From Candidatus Latescibacterota bacterium (GTDB taxonomy: Bacteria; Latescibacterota; UBA2968; UBA8231), in contig CBDETK010000013.1 of NCBI GenBank assembly GCA_965242865.1, forward strand, positions 2,848,001-2,912,000: a DNA stretch of 64,000 nt, written 5' to 3'. A model generated the notes under the pieces. That model was not told the origin of the DNA. It worked only from the letters and a program-made list of their open reading frames with translations, and did not search any database. Of the stretch, positions 37,260-47,642 are shown one piece after another. Both the position numbers and the translations under genes were made by a program. Within the stretch, counting starts at the first letter, position 1. Each line of letters begins with the position of its first letter.

Positions 37260-39869
37260 ATGCCCCTGTTTGACGATCTAAAGCAATCTGCTTCTGAATG
37301 GCGCAAAGGCGGATATACCTGTGATGACTACCCACTTATCGGCGAAATCCTCGCGTTCCAGCGGGATACACCGGAAGGCATCTCAACGCTCAGGTTCCTG
37401 CGCGAACCCCAGTTTCTCGCCCTTGAGGTGTACTGGTATATCCGGCTCAAACGGAACACCCCTCACATCATAGACCTCTATAAGCACTACTACGGAGACG
37501 ATAAGAAAACTTTTTTTGAGACTCTCGGCGTTACCATATCGAGGGATGCGCTGGAGTGGGCGACCCTAGAAGCCGTTCTCAAGAAAGTCAAAAGCGATCC
37601 CGACTTTGTCGCGGAAAAGAAAATTCAGGCATTGCACGAGGCCGCGATGCTAGACTATCCGAGTTACATCCTCGCCTTGGCCATGGGTGCCGGAAAAACC
37701 GTGCTGATCGGGACGATTATCGCCACTGAGTTTGCCATGTCCCTGCGCTATCCCAACGGCCATTTTATGAGAAACGCGCTTGTGTTTGCGCCCGGCACGA
37801 CGATTATAGAATCCTTGCGCGAACTTAGCGACATGCCTTATGAAAGCATTCTGCCGCCCGACCTCTATCGAGATTTTGCCGCCAATTTGAAAATTGAGTA
37901 TCCGAGCAACGAAAAGGACATACAAGCCCAGACGGGCAGCAGTTACAATCTGGTCATTACCAATACAGAGAAGATCAGTCTGCGTGCTAGGAGAAGAAGC
38001 AATCAGACCGAACTAGATTTCAAAGAAAAGGAGCTGCAAGCGAACTTGAGATTGCAAAAAATCGCCAGCCTGCCGAATCTCGGCGTCTTCTCCGATGAAG
38101 CGCATCACACCTACGGGAACACCTTTAAGCAACTAAAGCGGGTGCGGGAAACCATCAACTACATCCACGAGCAAACCCCGATCATAGCCGTAGTCAACAC
38201 CACCGGGACGCCTTATTACAAGAAACAGTATCTGAAAGAGGTCATTGTCTGGTACGGACTTGGAGACGGCATCAAGGACAACATTCTCAAAGGTCTCAAC
38301 GATGGGATTCACCTATACAACATTGGCAAGCGGTCGGAACAGAGCGTGTTCAACGACATCATCCGGGAGTTTTTCAACCAATACGGCAAGGTCTCGCTCC
38401 CCAACGGAGCAAAGGCAAAAATTGCCTTTTACTTTAAGACACAGGATCACTTGGACGACTCTCGTCCTTGGATTGAGCAGGCCATGACGAGCATGGGCGA
38501 AAGCGTCTCTCAGATATTGGTCAATACCCAGCAATCGAGCACGACGGAAGTGGATGAATTTAAGCGTCTCAACAACCCGACTAACCAGAAGCGCGTGATT
38601 CTTCTGATCGGCAAAGGCGTCGAAGGATGGAACTGTCCGAGTCTGTTTGCCTGTGCGCTCATCAAAGAGCAGACGACGAGCAACAATTATGTTTTGCAGG
38701 CGGCGACCCGGTGCCTGCGACAAGTACCGGGGAACGGGCACTCGGCAAAGGTATTTCTCGATTACGGCAATGTGCGGACGCTAGAAAAGGAACTAAAAGA
38801 CAATTTTGGCACTGACCTCGACCTGCTCAGCGCGGCATCGGGCGATAAAGAGACCGTAACGCTGCGTATTGTAAAAACGGATCTACCCAAACTAGAAATC
38901 ACTCGCACGATCAAGCGGGCTGGCCGCACTGAAAAGCCAAGCGGCAATCTCATCCTGAACAAACCGGAATCGCAAGAAGCTCCTGCAGTGATCCGCAGCA
39001 TTCTGACGCCGGATTTCAGCGGACTACAGGAAATCCTGATGCCAACGGGCGACACCAAGGAACTGCTGGTCGTAGCGGAAACGACAGGTTGCCATGCTGC
39101 CGCTTGGAAAATTGCCGTGCGCTACCATCTGCCGGTGATACCAATTTTGAAGAAGCTCAACCGCTTATATCCCGAAGGCGAAATGCCGAGTACTCATTTA
39201 TACGGACTGTTTCAGCAAGTTGAAGAGCAGCAGGCGGACTACGAGACTATCGAGGAAAAAGTCACCGAGGCGATGGCCCTAATTCGGGTTCAGGATGAGA
39301 GCGGAATGGACCTCTTTGCAAAGGACGAGGACGGCGTTTACGTCCACCACTTGCGCCTGCTCAGGCGAACTTATGACCGGATGAGAGACGGCGGGCTGTT
39401 CGCTGACCGCGAGGAGTATGCAGACGAGCGCGACTTGAGCTTCCACTACACGCCGTACAACTTCGACAGCGAACCGGAGCGTTCCTTCTTCCGACAGATT
39501 TTATTCGCACTCAACACCAATCCCGACGACGTGACAGCCTTTTTATTCACCGGCGGCCTAACAGACCCCAATAAGACCGACTTCCATTTTGAATACATGG
39601 GCGAGGACAAGCGATACCACCGCTATTTCCCCGACTTTGTCATTGTCAAGAAAACGGGTGAATTTTATATTGTCGAGGTTAAGGCTGAGAATGAGCGCGG
39701 CGACAGGACAGTGGAGGCGAAAAGGAAGGCCGTGGAGCGGTTACAGAATATGCAGCCGGATAAATTCAAATATAACGTCGTTTATACTCAGGCTGCTGCC
39801 ATAAGCACAGAGCATATCAAACCAATTGCCGATTGGGTTCAAAAACCAAAAGCATCGTCTCGGCAATAA
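37260..39869 (+). CDS. res: Type III restriction-like Res subunit
   Basis: LREPQ..A, Walker A AMGAGKT, DEAHH, TGTP, EGWNCP, QAATRCLR and nuclease YFPDF...IVEVK. Confidence 0.88.
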   Translation: MPLFDDLKQSASEWRKGGYTCDDYPLIGEILAFQRDTPEGISTLRFLREPQFLALEVYWYIRLKRNTPHIIDLYKHYYGDDKKTFFETLGVTISRDALEWATLEAVLKKVKSDPDFVAEKKIQALHEAAMLDYPSYILALAMGAGKTVLIGTIIATEFAMSLRYPNGHFMRNALVFAPGTTIIESLRELSDMPYESILPPDLYRDFAANLKIEYPSNEKDIQAQTGSSYNLVITNTEKISLRARRRSNQTELDFKEKELQANLRLQKIASLPNLGVFSDEAHHTYGNTFKQLKRVRETINYIHEQTPIIAVVNTTGTPYYKKQYLKEVIVWYGLGDGIKDNILKGLNDGIHLYNIGKRSEQSVFNDIIREFFNQYGKVSLPNGAKAKIAFYFKTQDHLDDSRPWIEQAMTSMGESVSQILVNTQQSSTTEVDEFKRLNNPTNQKRVILLIGKGVEGWNCPSLFACALIKEQTTSNNYVLQAATRCLRQVPGNGHSAKVFLDYGNVRTLEKELKDNFGTDLDLLSAASGDKETVTLRIVKTDLPKLEITRTIKRAGRTEKPSGNLILNKPESQEAPAVIRSILTPDFSGLQEILMPTGDTKELLVVAETTGCHAAAWKIAVRYHLPVIPILKKLNRLYPEGEMPSTHLYGLFQQVEEQQADYETIEEKVTEAMALIRVQDESGMDLFAKDEDGVYVHHLRLLRRTYDRMRDGGLFADREEYADERDLSFHYTPYNFDSEPERSFFRQILFALNTNPDDVTAFLFTGGLTDPNKTDFHFEYMGEDKRYHRYFPDFVIVKKTGEFYIVEVKAENERGDRTVEAKRKAVERLQNMQPDKFKYNVVYTQAAAISTEHIKPIADWVQKPKASSRQ

Positions 39870-39882
39870 GGGAGCTAGCATA

Positions 39883-40335
39883 ATGGACGAGAAACAGGAG
39901 CTTCTGGAAATCTACAAGCTACACGCCGAACTTGCGGACAGAGTGAGTCAAAGACGAGAAGGAGCAAATAGGCTCTTCGTAAGTCTGCTGACGGGCACGT
40001 TAATTTTTCTCGCCGCTTTTTTGAGATATGGCGAGGAAACCATGCCTATCGATGCAATTTTGACCACCGTTAGTATTTTTGGGGTTTTTCTCTCCGTAGC
40101 ATGGTATGTCATTATCCGATCCTATCGCCAACTCAACTCGGGAAAATTTGCCGCTTTACACGAGTTAGAAGAAAAACTCGCCTATCCCTTTTTTAAGCGT
40201 GAATGGGAGTTGTTAGAGGAAGGCAAAAAAAGAAGTCGCTACTGGAAACTCACAGTTGTTGAGACCTTCCTTCCCTTTATCTTTTTTATCCTTTATATCG
40301 CTCTAATTATCATTTTTTTCACTATTTGCAGGTAA
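39883..40335 (+). CDS. Small 3-TM membrane protein (RipA/SLATT/Pycsar-effector-like)
   Basis: YK...E.AD..S.RR..AN..F, W...I.SY.QLN..KF....ELE..L...F..EW, then a terminal TM. Lower GC than flanks. Confidence 0.65.
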   Translation: MDEKQELLEIYKLHAELADRVSQRREGANRLFVSLLTGTLIFLAAFLRYGEETMPIDAILTTVSIFGVFLSVAWYVIIRSYRQLNSGKFAALHELEEKLAYPFFKREWELLEEGKKRSRYWKLTVVETFLPFIFFILYIALIIIFFTICR

Positions 40336-40347
40336 GCAGGTAAACAA

Positions 40348-42078
40348 ATGCAAACCCCGCTCAAAATCGCCCCGCTCAAAGGGCGTCCCATGCTCCATTG
40401 GGTCGGCAAGAAACCGCTGGACGTCGTGCGGCATTTTCCAGCGCAGCTATGTGAGACGGTGGAAGTTAAAGATCCGCCGGCCGAACCATCCTATAAGGAA
40501 TTTGCCAAGAGCAGTTACAACCTGCTATTCCACGGCGATAACAAGGAAATTCTCTCTTCTCTCTTGATCGCCGGGTTCAGGGGCAAGGTCGATCTCATTT
40601 ACATCGACCCGCCGTTTGATTCGGCCTCGGATTACGTCCGCAAAGTCAGGTTGCGCGGGCAATCCAAAATGCTCAAAGGCGAGGGACATACTTCTATCGA
40701 GCAGACGCAATACGAGGATATTTGGGCGAATGACAATTACTTGCAGTTCATGTATGAACGGTTGATTCTACTGCGGGAATTGCTGAGCGACAAGGGGAGT
40801 ATTTACCTGCATTGCGACTGGCATAAAAGCCATCACCTGCGGTTTTTGTTGGACGAGGTATTTGGAGCAGAAAATTTTGGCAACGAAATTATCTGGTGCT
40901 ATACCTTTCCTGGGCCGTCCCCACAAAACTTCCCAAGAAAACATGACAATATATTGCGATACAAGAAAATCAACGGCAATGCTATTTTTAATCCCGATGA
41001 CATACGGATACCATACAAGGCTGATTTTACAGCAGTAAGAACAATTGGCGGTGCAGAATATGATGCTGATTCCCAAATAGCTAGGCATGGGAAAGGTAAA
41101 GTTCCAGAATCGTGGTGGGTTGATATGTCAAATGTCTCAGCTTGGCGAGACGAACTTCTTGACTTCCCAACCCAAAAACCCGAAACCCTGTTAGAGCGCA
41201 TTATCAAAGCCTCAAGTAACGAAGGCTCCATCGTCCTCGACTGCTTCTGCGGCTCCGGCACCACCGCGGCCGTTGCCGAAAAGCTAGGCCGTCGCTGGAT
41301 CGTGGCAGATTTGAACAAGGGCGCGATTCAAACCACCATCAAGCGGGTACAAAAAATCATCGATCAAAAAAACGGCGACTTGATAGACAATGGCCGCGGC
41401 TTCATTCACTATCGGGTCAACAACTACAACTTCGCCAAGCAGAACGGGCTCGAGAAAATTATCATCTCTAAGTACGGCATCCAAAAAGACAACGGCGACC
41501 TGTTTTTCGACGGCATAGTCGGCGGCAAGTTGGCGAAAATCATCGACCTGAACAGGCCGTTGAACCGGATGGATGTCCAGATCATCAAAGATGAAATTGC
41601 CCACAATCGCCCGGACGAAACCCGGGATATTGCCGTTTTCTGCAACGGCTCTGAAATGGGCATCATCGACGAACTCGCCCAAGAGAGAAGCCCGATCAAC
41701 AAGATCACGATCTGCGACATTCAGCAAGACGGGGTAACAATAGACCAGCCTGCTGAAGCGGATGTGCAAATCGCTAAGAAAGGTAAAAAAGCGACGATCA
41801 AAATTGCCGACTACATCAGCCCTGCCATTCTGGCGAGAATGGAAATAGACAGAACCTTCTTTAACGAACAAATCGGCGACTTCCGAGCGCAGATCGACTG
41901 CGTTCTGATGGACACGGACTACAACGGCGAGAATTTCAACATCGCGGTAAGCGATCTGCCGCAGAAGAGATCTGACTTTATCAAAGGCGAATACGAACTG
42001 ACGCTCCCCCGCACCAGCGCAAAAGTCGCGGTCAAGATCGTAGATATGCTGGGAGAGGAAGTTGTTGTGGTCGAGTGA
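40348..42078 (+). CDS. mod: Type III RM Mod subunit (N6-adenine DNA methyltransferase, beta class)
   Basis: GDN, IYIDPPF, YLQFM..RL, TQKPE.LL.RII and DCFCGSGTT. Lower-GC TRD-like segment at about 40860-41160. Confidence 0.92.
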   Translation: MQTPLKIAPLKGRPMLHWVGKKPLDVVRHFPAQLCETVEVKDPPAEPSYKEFAKSSYNLLFHGDNKEILSSLLIAGFRGKVDLIYIDPPFDSASDYVRKVRLRGQSKMLKGEGHTSIEQTQYEDIWANDNYLQFMYERLILLRELLSDKGSIYLHCDWHKSHHLRFLLDEVFGAENFGNEIIWCYTFPGPSPQNFPRKHDNILRYKKINGNAIFNPDDIRIPYKADFTAVRTIGGAEYDADSQIARHGKGKVPESWWVDMSNVSAWRDELLDFPTQKPETLLERIIKASSNEGSIVLDCFCGSGTTAAVAEKLGRRWIVADLNKGAIQTTIKRVQKIIDQKNGDLIDNGRGFIHYRVNNYNFAKQNGLEKIIISKYGIQKDNGDLFFDGIVGGKLAKIIDLNRPLNRMDVQIIKDEIAHNRPDETRDIAVFCNGSEMGIIDELAQERSPINKITICDIQQDGVTIDQPAEADVQIAKKGKKATIKIADYISPAILARMEIDRTFFNEQIGDFRAQIDCVLMDTDYNGENFNIAVSDLPQKRSDFIKGEYELTLPRTSAKVAVKIVDMLGEEVVVVE

Positions 42079-42088
42079 TTGACCTCTT

Positions 42089-44068
42089 ATGAGCCAGCCC
42101 TGTATCCATGACGCGGCCTCTCTCAAGCCGCCCCAAGCCGTTCTCGACGCCGCGTTGGCCCGGCTCGGCTTTGAGCAGTTTCTGTCCGGTCAACGCGAAG
42201 CCATCGAAGCCCTGCTGGCCACGGGTCGCCTGCTTTTGGTCGCCCCCACCGGCGGCGGCAAGAGCTTGACCTACCAGTTGCCCGCGGCCCTCCTGCCGGG
42301 CACTACCTTAGTGGTCTCGCCGCTCATCGCCCTGATGCACGATCAAGTCCAAGCGTTAGAGAGGCGTGGCCTCGCCGCTACGTACCTATCCTCAACCCTC
42401 GATGGCGACGAGTTGCGCCGCCGCATGTACGGAGTGGCCCAAGGCCAGTACAAGCTGGTCTATGCCGCGCCCGAGCGGCTGACCTTCTCCGGCTTTCGCG
42501 CCCTCCTGAGCCAGATCAAGTGCCCGCTTATTGCCGTGGACGAGGCCCATTGCATCAGCGAGTGGGGCCACGACTTCCGCCCCGAGTACTTGCAGATTGG
42601 CGAGCTGATACGCGAGTTGCCCGACTGTCGGGTGCTCGCCTGTACCGCCACGGCCACGCCAGTGGTGCGCGACGAAATCCTCGAGCGCCTCGGGCTACCC
42701 AGCGACACCCCCCAGCTAGTACACGGCTTTGCCCGGCCCAACCTCTCGCTGCGAGTCGCCGAAATCAACAGCGCGGCCGAGCGGCGGCGGCAAATCGACG
42801 CCCTGCTGGCCGAAGCCCTCGGCCCCTCCGGCCAGCAGCCGGGGACCGCCATCGTCTATGCCCCTACCCGCAAGAGCACCGAGGAAGAGGCCGCCCGCCT
42901 GCAAGGGACCGGCTGGCGGGTCGCCGCCTATCACGCGGGCATGACCGGGCCAGACCGCGACGCCGTTCAGTCCGCCTTTATTCAAGGCCAAATCCAAATC
43001 GTGGTGGCGACCAACGCCTTTGGCATGGGCATTGACCGCGCCGATGTGCGCGCCATCGCCCACTTGGCCCCGCCCAGCTCCATTGAAGCGTACTATCAGG
43101 AGGTGGGCCGCGCCGGGCGCGACGGGCAAGCCGCGTACTGCCTGCTGCTAATCTCCCCCGGCGACATGGCCCTGCGCCGCCACCTAATCGAAAGCGATGC
43201 CAACGGACGCGCCCCGGACCAAGCCGTGGTCCAGCACAAGTGGAATCTCTTTTTGGAACTAATGCGCTGGAGCGAGGGCGGGTCCTGTCGCCACGACGCG
43301 ATCTTGCGCTACTTCGGCGACGAGGCGGAAACGCTGTCGGGCTGCGGCCGCTGCGATGTCTGCGCCAGTCTCTCCCACGCCGAGGCGAGCGACGCCACAG
43401 AGGTTGCCACCACCGTGCGCAAGGCCCTTTGCGCGGTGGCCCGGCTGCACGGACGCTACGGCATCCTAATGGCGGCCAAGCTCCTGCGCGGCACCCAAGA
43501 CGCACGCCTTGCACGCGACGGGCTCGATCGGACGCCGACCTTTGGCATCCTCAAGGACCACTCTGAGCGGTGGCTTTTGCGGCTTTTGCGCCGGTTGGTC
43601 ACGGCCGGTTGGGTCGATTTTTATGGCGGCGAGCGGCCGGTCGTCGTCCTCACGGAAGAAGGACGCCAAGTCATCCACGCCGAGCGACCCGCCCGCCTGC
43701 TCTTGCCGCCCCAGTCGGCCTCGCTCCCGGCCGGCCGCGCCCACTCACGCGCCCCTGACCCCTCTTCGATTTCTACGGGTTCTGGCTCAGCCCGCACCAC
43801 CCGCGCCCGCCCGCGCACCCCCGATCTCAGCGGAGATTTCGACGAAAACGCCCAAGCCCTCTTTGAAGCACTGCGGCACTACCGCATGACGCTGGCCCGC
43901 GAAGAAAAGGTCCCTCCCTACGTCATCGCCAGCGACCGCACCCTCCGCGACATCGTCTTGCTGCGGCCCGCCAGCCTCGAAGAACTCAAGCTGGCGCACG
44001 GCATCGGCCCGGCCAAGGCCGAAAAATACGGCGATGGCCTGCTATCCATCGTCCGACGGGCCGCCTAA
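42089..44068 (+). CDS. recQ: RecQ helicase with Zn-binding, RQC and HRDC domains
   Basis: PTGGGKSL.YQLP, DEAHCISEWGHDFRPEY, YYQEVGRAGRDG, CR....YF...CG.CD.C and HRDC PPYVI.SD. Confidence 0.95.
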   Translation: MSQPCIHDAASLKPPQAVLDAALARLGFEQFLSGQREAIEALLATGRLLLVAPTGGGKSLTYQLPAALLPGTTLVVSPLIALMHDQVQALERRGLAATYLSSTLDGDELRRRMYGVAQGQYKLVYAAPERLTFSGFRALLSQIKCPLIAVDEAHCISEWGHDFRPEYLQIGELIRELPDCRVLACTATATPVVRDEILERLGLPSDTPQLVHGFARPNLSLRVAEINSAAERRRQIDALLAEALGPSGQQPGTAIVYAPTRKSTEEEAARLQGTGWRVAAYHAGMTGPDRDAVQSAFIQGQIQIVVATNAFGMGIDRADVRAIAHLAPPSSIEAYYQEVGRAGRDGQAAYCLLLISPGDMALRRHLIESDANGRAPDQAVVQHKWNLFLELMRWSEGGSCRHDAILRYFGDEAETLSGCGRCDVCASLSHAEASDATEVATTVRKALCAVARLHGRYGILMAAKLLRGTQDARLARDGLDRTPTFGILKDHSERWLLRLLRRLVTAGWVDFYGGERPVVVLTEEGRQVIHAERPARLLLPPQSASLPAGRAHSRAPDPSSISTGSGSARTTRARPRTPDLSGDFDENAQALFEALRHYRMTLAREEKVPPYVIASDRTLRDIVLLRPASLEELKLAHGIGPAKAEKYGDGLLSIVRRAA

Positions 44069-44090
44069 CTCGCGCACGGGAGTACCGTTT

Positions 44091-45062
44091 ATGGCTACAA
44101 TTCGCTGGGGGATCATTGGCTGCGGCGACGTCACCGAAGTAAAGAGTGGCCCCGCGCTGTACAAGACTCGCGATTCCGAGCTGGTCGCGGTCATGCGCCG
44201 CAACGCGGACAGAGCCCGCGATTACGCCGAGCGCCACCGCGTACCTCGCTGGTACGACCACGCCGACGCGCTCATCGGCGACCCGGACGTCAATGCGGTC
44301 TATATCGCGACGCCTCCCGACACCCACGCTTCCTACACTGCCCAAGTCGCCCGGGCCGGCAAACCTGTGTACGTCGAAAAACCAATGGCGCGCAATCACG
44401 GCGAGTGTTTGGCGATGATCGACGCCTGCGCCCGGGCCGAGGTGCCGCTTTTTGTCGCGTACTACCGCCGCGCCTTGCCCGCGTTTCTCAAGGTCCAGTC
44501 GCTCGTCGAGGAAGGGGCCATCGGCGCGGTGCGCTTCGCCTCCATCGCGCTTTGCCAACCCGCATCCGAGGACCCGGACGACCTGCCTTGGCGCGTCGTC
44601 CCCGCGATCTCGGGCGGTGGCTACTTCTTCGACCTCGCCTCGCACCAGCTCGACTTCCTCGACTTTCTGCTCGGCCCCATCGCCCAAGCCTCGGGCCACG
44701 CGACCAACCAAGCGAGGCTCTATCAGGCCGAAGATGCGGTTGCCGCCAGCTTCGCCTTTGAGTCCGGCGCACTCGGCGCAGGCGTCTGGAACTTTGCCGC
44801 CGACCAGCCCCGCGACCGGATCGAAATCGTCGGCGACAAGGGCCGGATCGCCTTTTCCACGTTTGCCTTCACCCCGGTCGAATTGGAGACGGACGCCGGC
44901 ACTGAGACCTTTGCCTTTAATCCTCCTGAACACGTGCAGCAGCCACTCGTCCAAACCATCGTCAATGCCCTGTTGGGCCGGGGCACTTGCCCCAGCACCG
45001 GCGCAAGTGCCGCCCGCACCAACCGCGTCATGGAGCAGATCGTCCGCGGCAATGGCCGCTAG
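44091..45062 (+). CDS. Gfo/Idh/MocA oxidoreductase
   Basis: WGIIGCG, VYIATP...H, VEKPMA and D..SH.LD. Confidence 0.92.
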   Translation: MATIRWGIIGCGDVTEVKSGPALYKTRDSELVAVMRRNADRARDYAERHRVPRWYDHADALIGDPDVNAVYIATPPDTHASYTAQVARAGKPVYVEKPMARNHGECLAMIDACARAEVPLFVAYYRRALPAFLKVQSLVEEGAIGAVRFASIALCQPASEDPDDLPWRVVPAISGGGYFFDLASHQLDFLDFLLGPIAQASGHATNQARLYQAEDAVAASFAFESGALGAGVWNFAADQPRDRIEIVGDKGRIAFSTFAFTPVELETDAGTETFAFNPPEHVQQPLVQTIVNALLGRGTCPSTGASAARTNRVMEQIVRGNGR

Positions 45063-45084
45063 CCAGCGAGTAGCTGCAACGCGG

Positions 45085-45575
45085 TTTCTCGGTTCAATAG
45101 CGCGGCATCCTTCACAGCGTCTCGTAGCCCAACATCGCGTCTCGGGCCAGTGCGCGAATGCGCTGGGCGGCCCGCAGCAGCTTGGGACGGGCGGCGATGG
45201 CCGCTAGGCGGTCCAGCTCCTTTAGGTCCAAGGCCCCCAAGTCGAGGCGCAGTTCCTTGAGATAAGCCGGTGCATCGCCGTGCGGCTGTAAATAGATCAA
45301 GTCGAGCAGGGCCTTTTCTGGCGCGGCGACAAAAGCCGACTGGCCCCGAGCCAAATCGACCTGTTGGTATCCGTAGAGCAGATTGGGCTTGAGATGGCGA
45401 TAGGAAAAGCGTCCTAGCGGCGTCTGGCAGAGTTGGGGCCGCTCGGGGGTCGCGCTGGTCACTTCCGGCACGTACTCGGGAATCACACCGGCGTGTGCCA
45501 ACGCCGACAAACCGCTGACATAAGAGCCGCGCACTAGGCGATTGGCAACGAGGAAGGGATAAGGATCGACGCCCG
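45085..45575 (-). pseudogene. AbiEi-type antitoxin lacking its N-terminus, plus a possible stub of the downstream AbiEii gene
   Basis: ANRL...SYVS..SAL...G.IPE and A.PEKALLD..Y. No credible start. The GTGA overlap at the stop opens a frame that ends after about 18 codons. Confidence 0.65.
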
Positions 45576-45715
45576 CCGTCGGGCAAGGACAATGGCCCCT
45601 GAGACCTCCCGTACAATGGCATTTTGACAATCATGTTGGGCTGTGGCCGGAATTTTCGTATATACCGACCAAAAGGGAGGTTCGACATGCGAACTCGCAG
45701 AAAGTGGGCCGCCTA

Positions 45716-46714
45716 ATGCGGGCGTTGGTAACGGGCGGCACCGGCTTTGTCGGCCGGGCCTTGGTCCGCGCCCTCGTCGCGGGCGGCGCACAAATCCGGG
45801 TGCTGGCGCGGCCCACTAGTCAGACGAAGGGGCTGGAGCGTTTGGGCGTTGAGATCATTCGCGGCGACATTCTCGTCCGTGCGAGCATCGAAGCCGCGCT
45901 CGACGGGTGCGATACCCTGTTCCACGCTGCGGCACTCTACGACCTGTGGGGGTTGGACGAGGCCGAACTTTTGGCCACTGAAACCGAGGGAACCCGCAAC
46001 GCCATGGCCGCGGCGTTGGCGGTCGGCGTCGCCAAGGTCATCTATACCAGCACGGCCGTCTGTATTGGCGAGGCCAAAGGCCAAGTCGCCACCGAGGCAA
46101 CGGTCCATCGCGGCTACTTTCTCTCGCGGTATGAAAAAGCCAAACGCGCAGCCGAGCAGGTGGCGTTCGCGTATGCGGAAAGAGGGGTGCCGCTCGTCTG
46201 CGTCCAGCCCGCGGCCATCTACGGCCCGGGCGATCTCAAGCCCACCGGACGCTTTATCCTCAACTTGCTCAACGGTCGGGTTCCCGCGCTCTTTCCCGGC
46301 TGGGTGAGCTTGATATACATCGACGACGCGGCGCGGGGGCACGTGCTGGCGGCTGAAAAGGGCCGGGTGGGGGAACGCTATATACTCGCGGGCACGGTCG
46401 GCCAGTTGACCGAACTCGGCCAACGGATCTGTCGGTTAGCTGGCCGCTGGGTGCCGCCGACCATTCCCACGCCGCTGGCCGCTCCCTACGCACTCGGCGG
46501 CGAGGTCCTGGCGCACCTGACCCGCCGACCGCCGGTCCTGTCTTGGGAAACCTACCGCCTCATCGCCCACGGCTTCTGCGCCGACGGTCGCCGGGCCACC
46601 GCTGAGTTGGGTCTGGCCTATACAACTCAAGAAGAAGGGTTGACGCGGACGATCAATTGGTGCTGGGAGCAGGGCTTGCTCCGCCGCCGACCAGCCTGCA
46701 CCCGCGAGCCGTAA
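45716..46714 (+). CDS. NAD-dependent epimerase/dehydratase (HpnA/dihydroflavonol reductase-like)
   Basis: VTGGTGFVG, FHAAA.Y, Y..AK..AE and P..IYGPGD..PTG. Confidence 0.88.
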   Translation: MRALVTGGTGFVGRALVRALVAGGAQIRVLARPTSQTKGLERLGVEIIRGDILVRASIEAALDGCDTLFHAAALYDLWGLDEAELLATETEGTRNAMAAALAVGVAKVIYTSTAVCIGEAKGQVATEATVHRGYFLSRYEKAKRAAEQVAFAYAERGVPLVCVQPAAIYGPGDLKPTGRFILNLLNGRVPALFPGWVSLIYIDDAARGHVLAAEKGRVGERYILAGTVGQLTELGQRICRLAGRWVPPTIPTPLAAPYALGGEVLAHLTRRPPVLSWETYRLIAHGFCADGRRATAELGLAYTTQEEGLTRTINWCWEQGLLRRRPACTREP

Positions 46715-46723
46715 TTCGCTTAC

Positions 46724-47569
46724 TTATGAAAGCCCCTCTCGTTCGACAATGCCTTTGATTTTTGGGAAGGGTGCTACTTCGATCAGTTCGAGGGTCTCGG
46801 GCGAGAGCCGTGCCTTTACGCCTTCGGGCAAAGGATTGGAAGCGGGAATGTGCTGGCTGCAATAGCGCAGGGTCAAGAAGCGGCGCTGGCGGTCTTTGGG
46901 CTGCCAAGAAAGGGCACCGTGGACGACCAACTCGGAAATGACGACCACGTCCCCGGCCTTGGGGTTGAAATTGACCACGCCCTCGGGCACTTCGGTCGAG
47001 TTGTAGCCGTCGTTGTACGTGCCGTCCTCATAGCTGCCCGGGTAGAACATTTCCAGCGGGCGGGAGAAGTTGGCCTTGTGCGAGCCGGGCAGGATGATGA
47101 GCCCGCCGTCGCCCGGCTGCACATCCGTCAGGTAAAAGAAAAAGACCAAGTCATTGCAGGAAATGCGGCCGTTGTGGACTTGGTAGCGACGCCAGCCCGG
47201 CACGGCCGACCGCAGCGCACTCTCGTGGCCCGAGTGCAGGGGATGGAAGGGTTTGCCGTGGAAATCGACCATCATGTTGCCGCCGCTGAGCCGCGGTCGG
47301 TCATCAAGCAATTCCTTGATGATCGGCCAAGTCACCGGGTGCATGGTCAGGGCTTCAAGGGCTTTGTCAAAGGCAAAGGCGTGCAAATACCAGTTGAAAT
47401 GCTCGCGCTCGAGATTGATCGCAAAGCCGTCGGGCACTCGGTCGGGTGGGGTGTCGATATAGCGCTGCGCCGCTTCTTGGGCCTTTTGCAACGCTGCGCC
47501 TTGGAGCACGCCTTCGAGGTGCAGGTAGCCGGTCAAATCGAAGAAGTAACGCTGTTCGGGGGTCATCAT
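46724..47569 (-). CDS. PhyH-family Fe(II)/2-oxoglutarate oxygenase (HxG variant)
   Basis: QRYFFDLTGYL, PLHSG, YLTDV.PGDGG...LPGSHK and KAGD......L.HG. Confidence 0.88.
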   Translation of the reverse strand: MMTPEQRYFFDLTGYLHLEGVLQGAALQKAQEAAQRYIDTPPDRVPDGFAINLEREHFNWYLHAFAFDKALEALTMHPVTWPIIKELLDDRPRLSGGNMMVDFHGKPFHPLHSGHESALRSAVPGWRRYQVHNGRISCNDLVFFFYLTDVQPGDGGLIILPGSHKANFSRPLEMFYPGSYEDGTYNDGYNSTEVPEGVVNFNPKAGDVVVISELVVHGALSWQPKDRQRRFLTLRYCSQHIPASNPLPEGVKARLSPETLELIEVAPFPKIKGIVEREGLS

Positions 47570-47642
47570 CGGCGATCCTTTGTTAAGAGTGATTGTGCCG
47601 GTGCAAGATAGGGAATTTCGCCCCTGCTTTTCAAGGCGGCCC

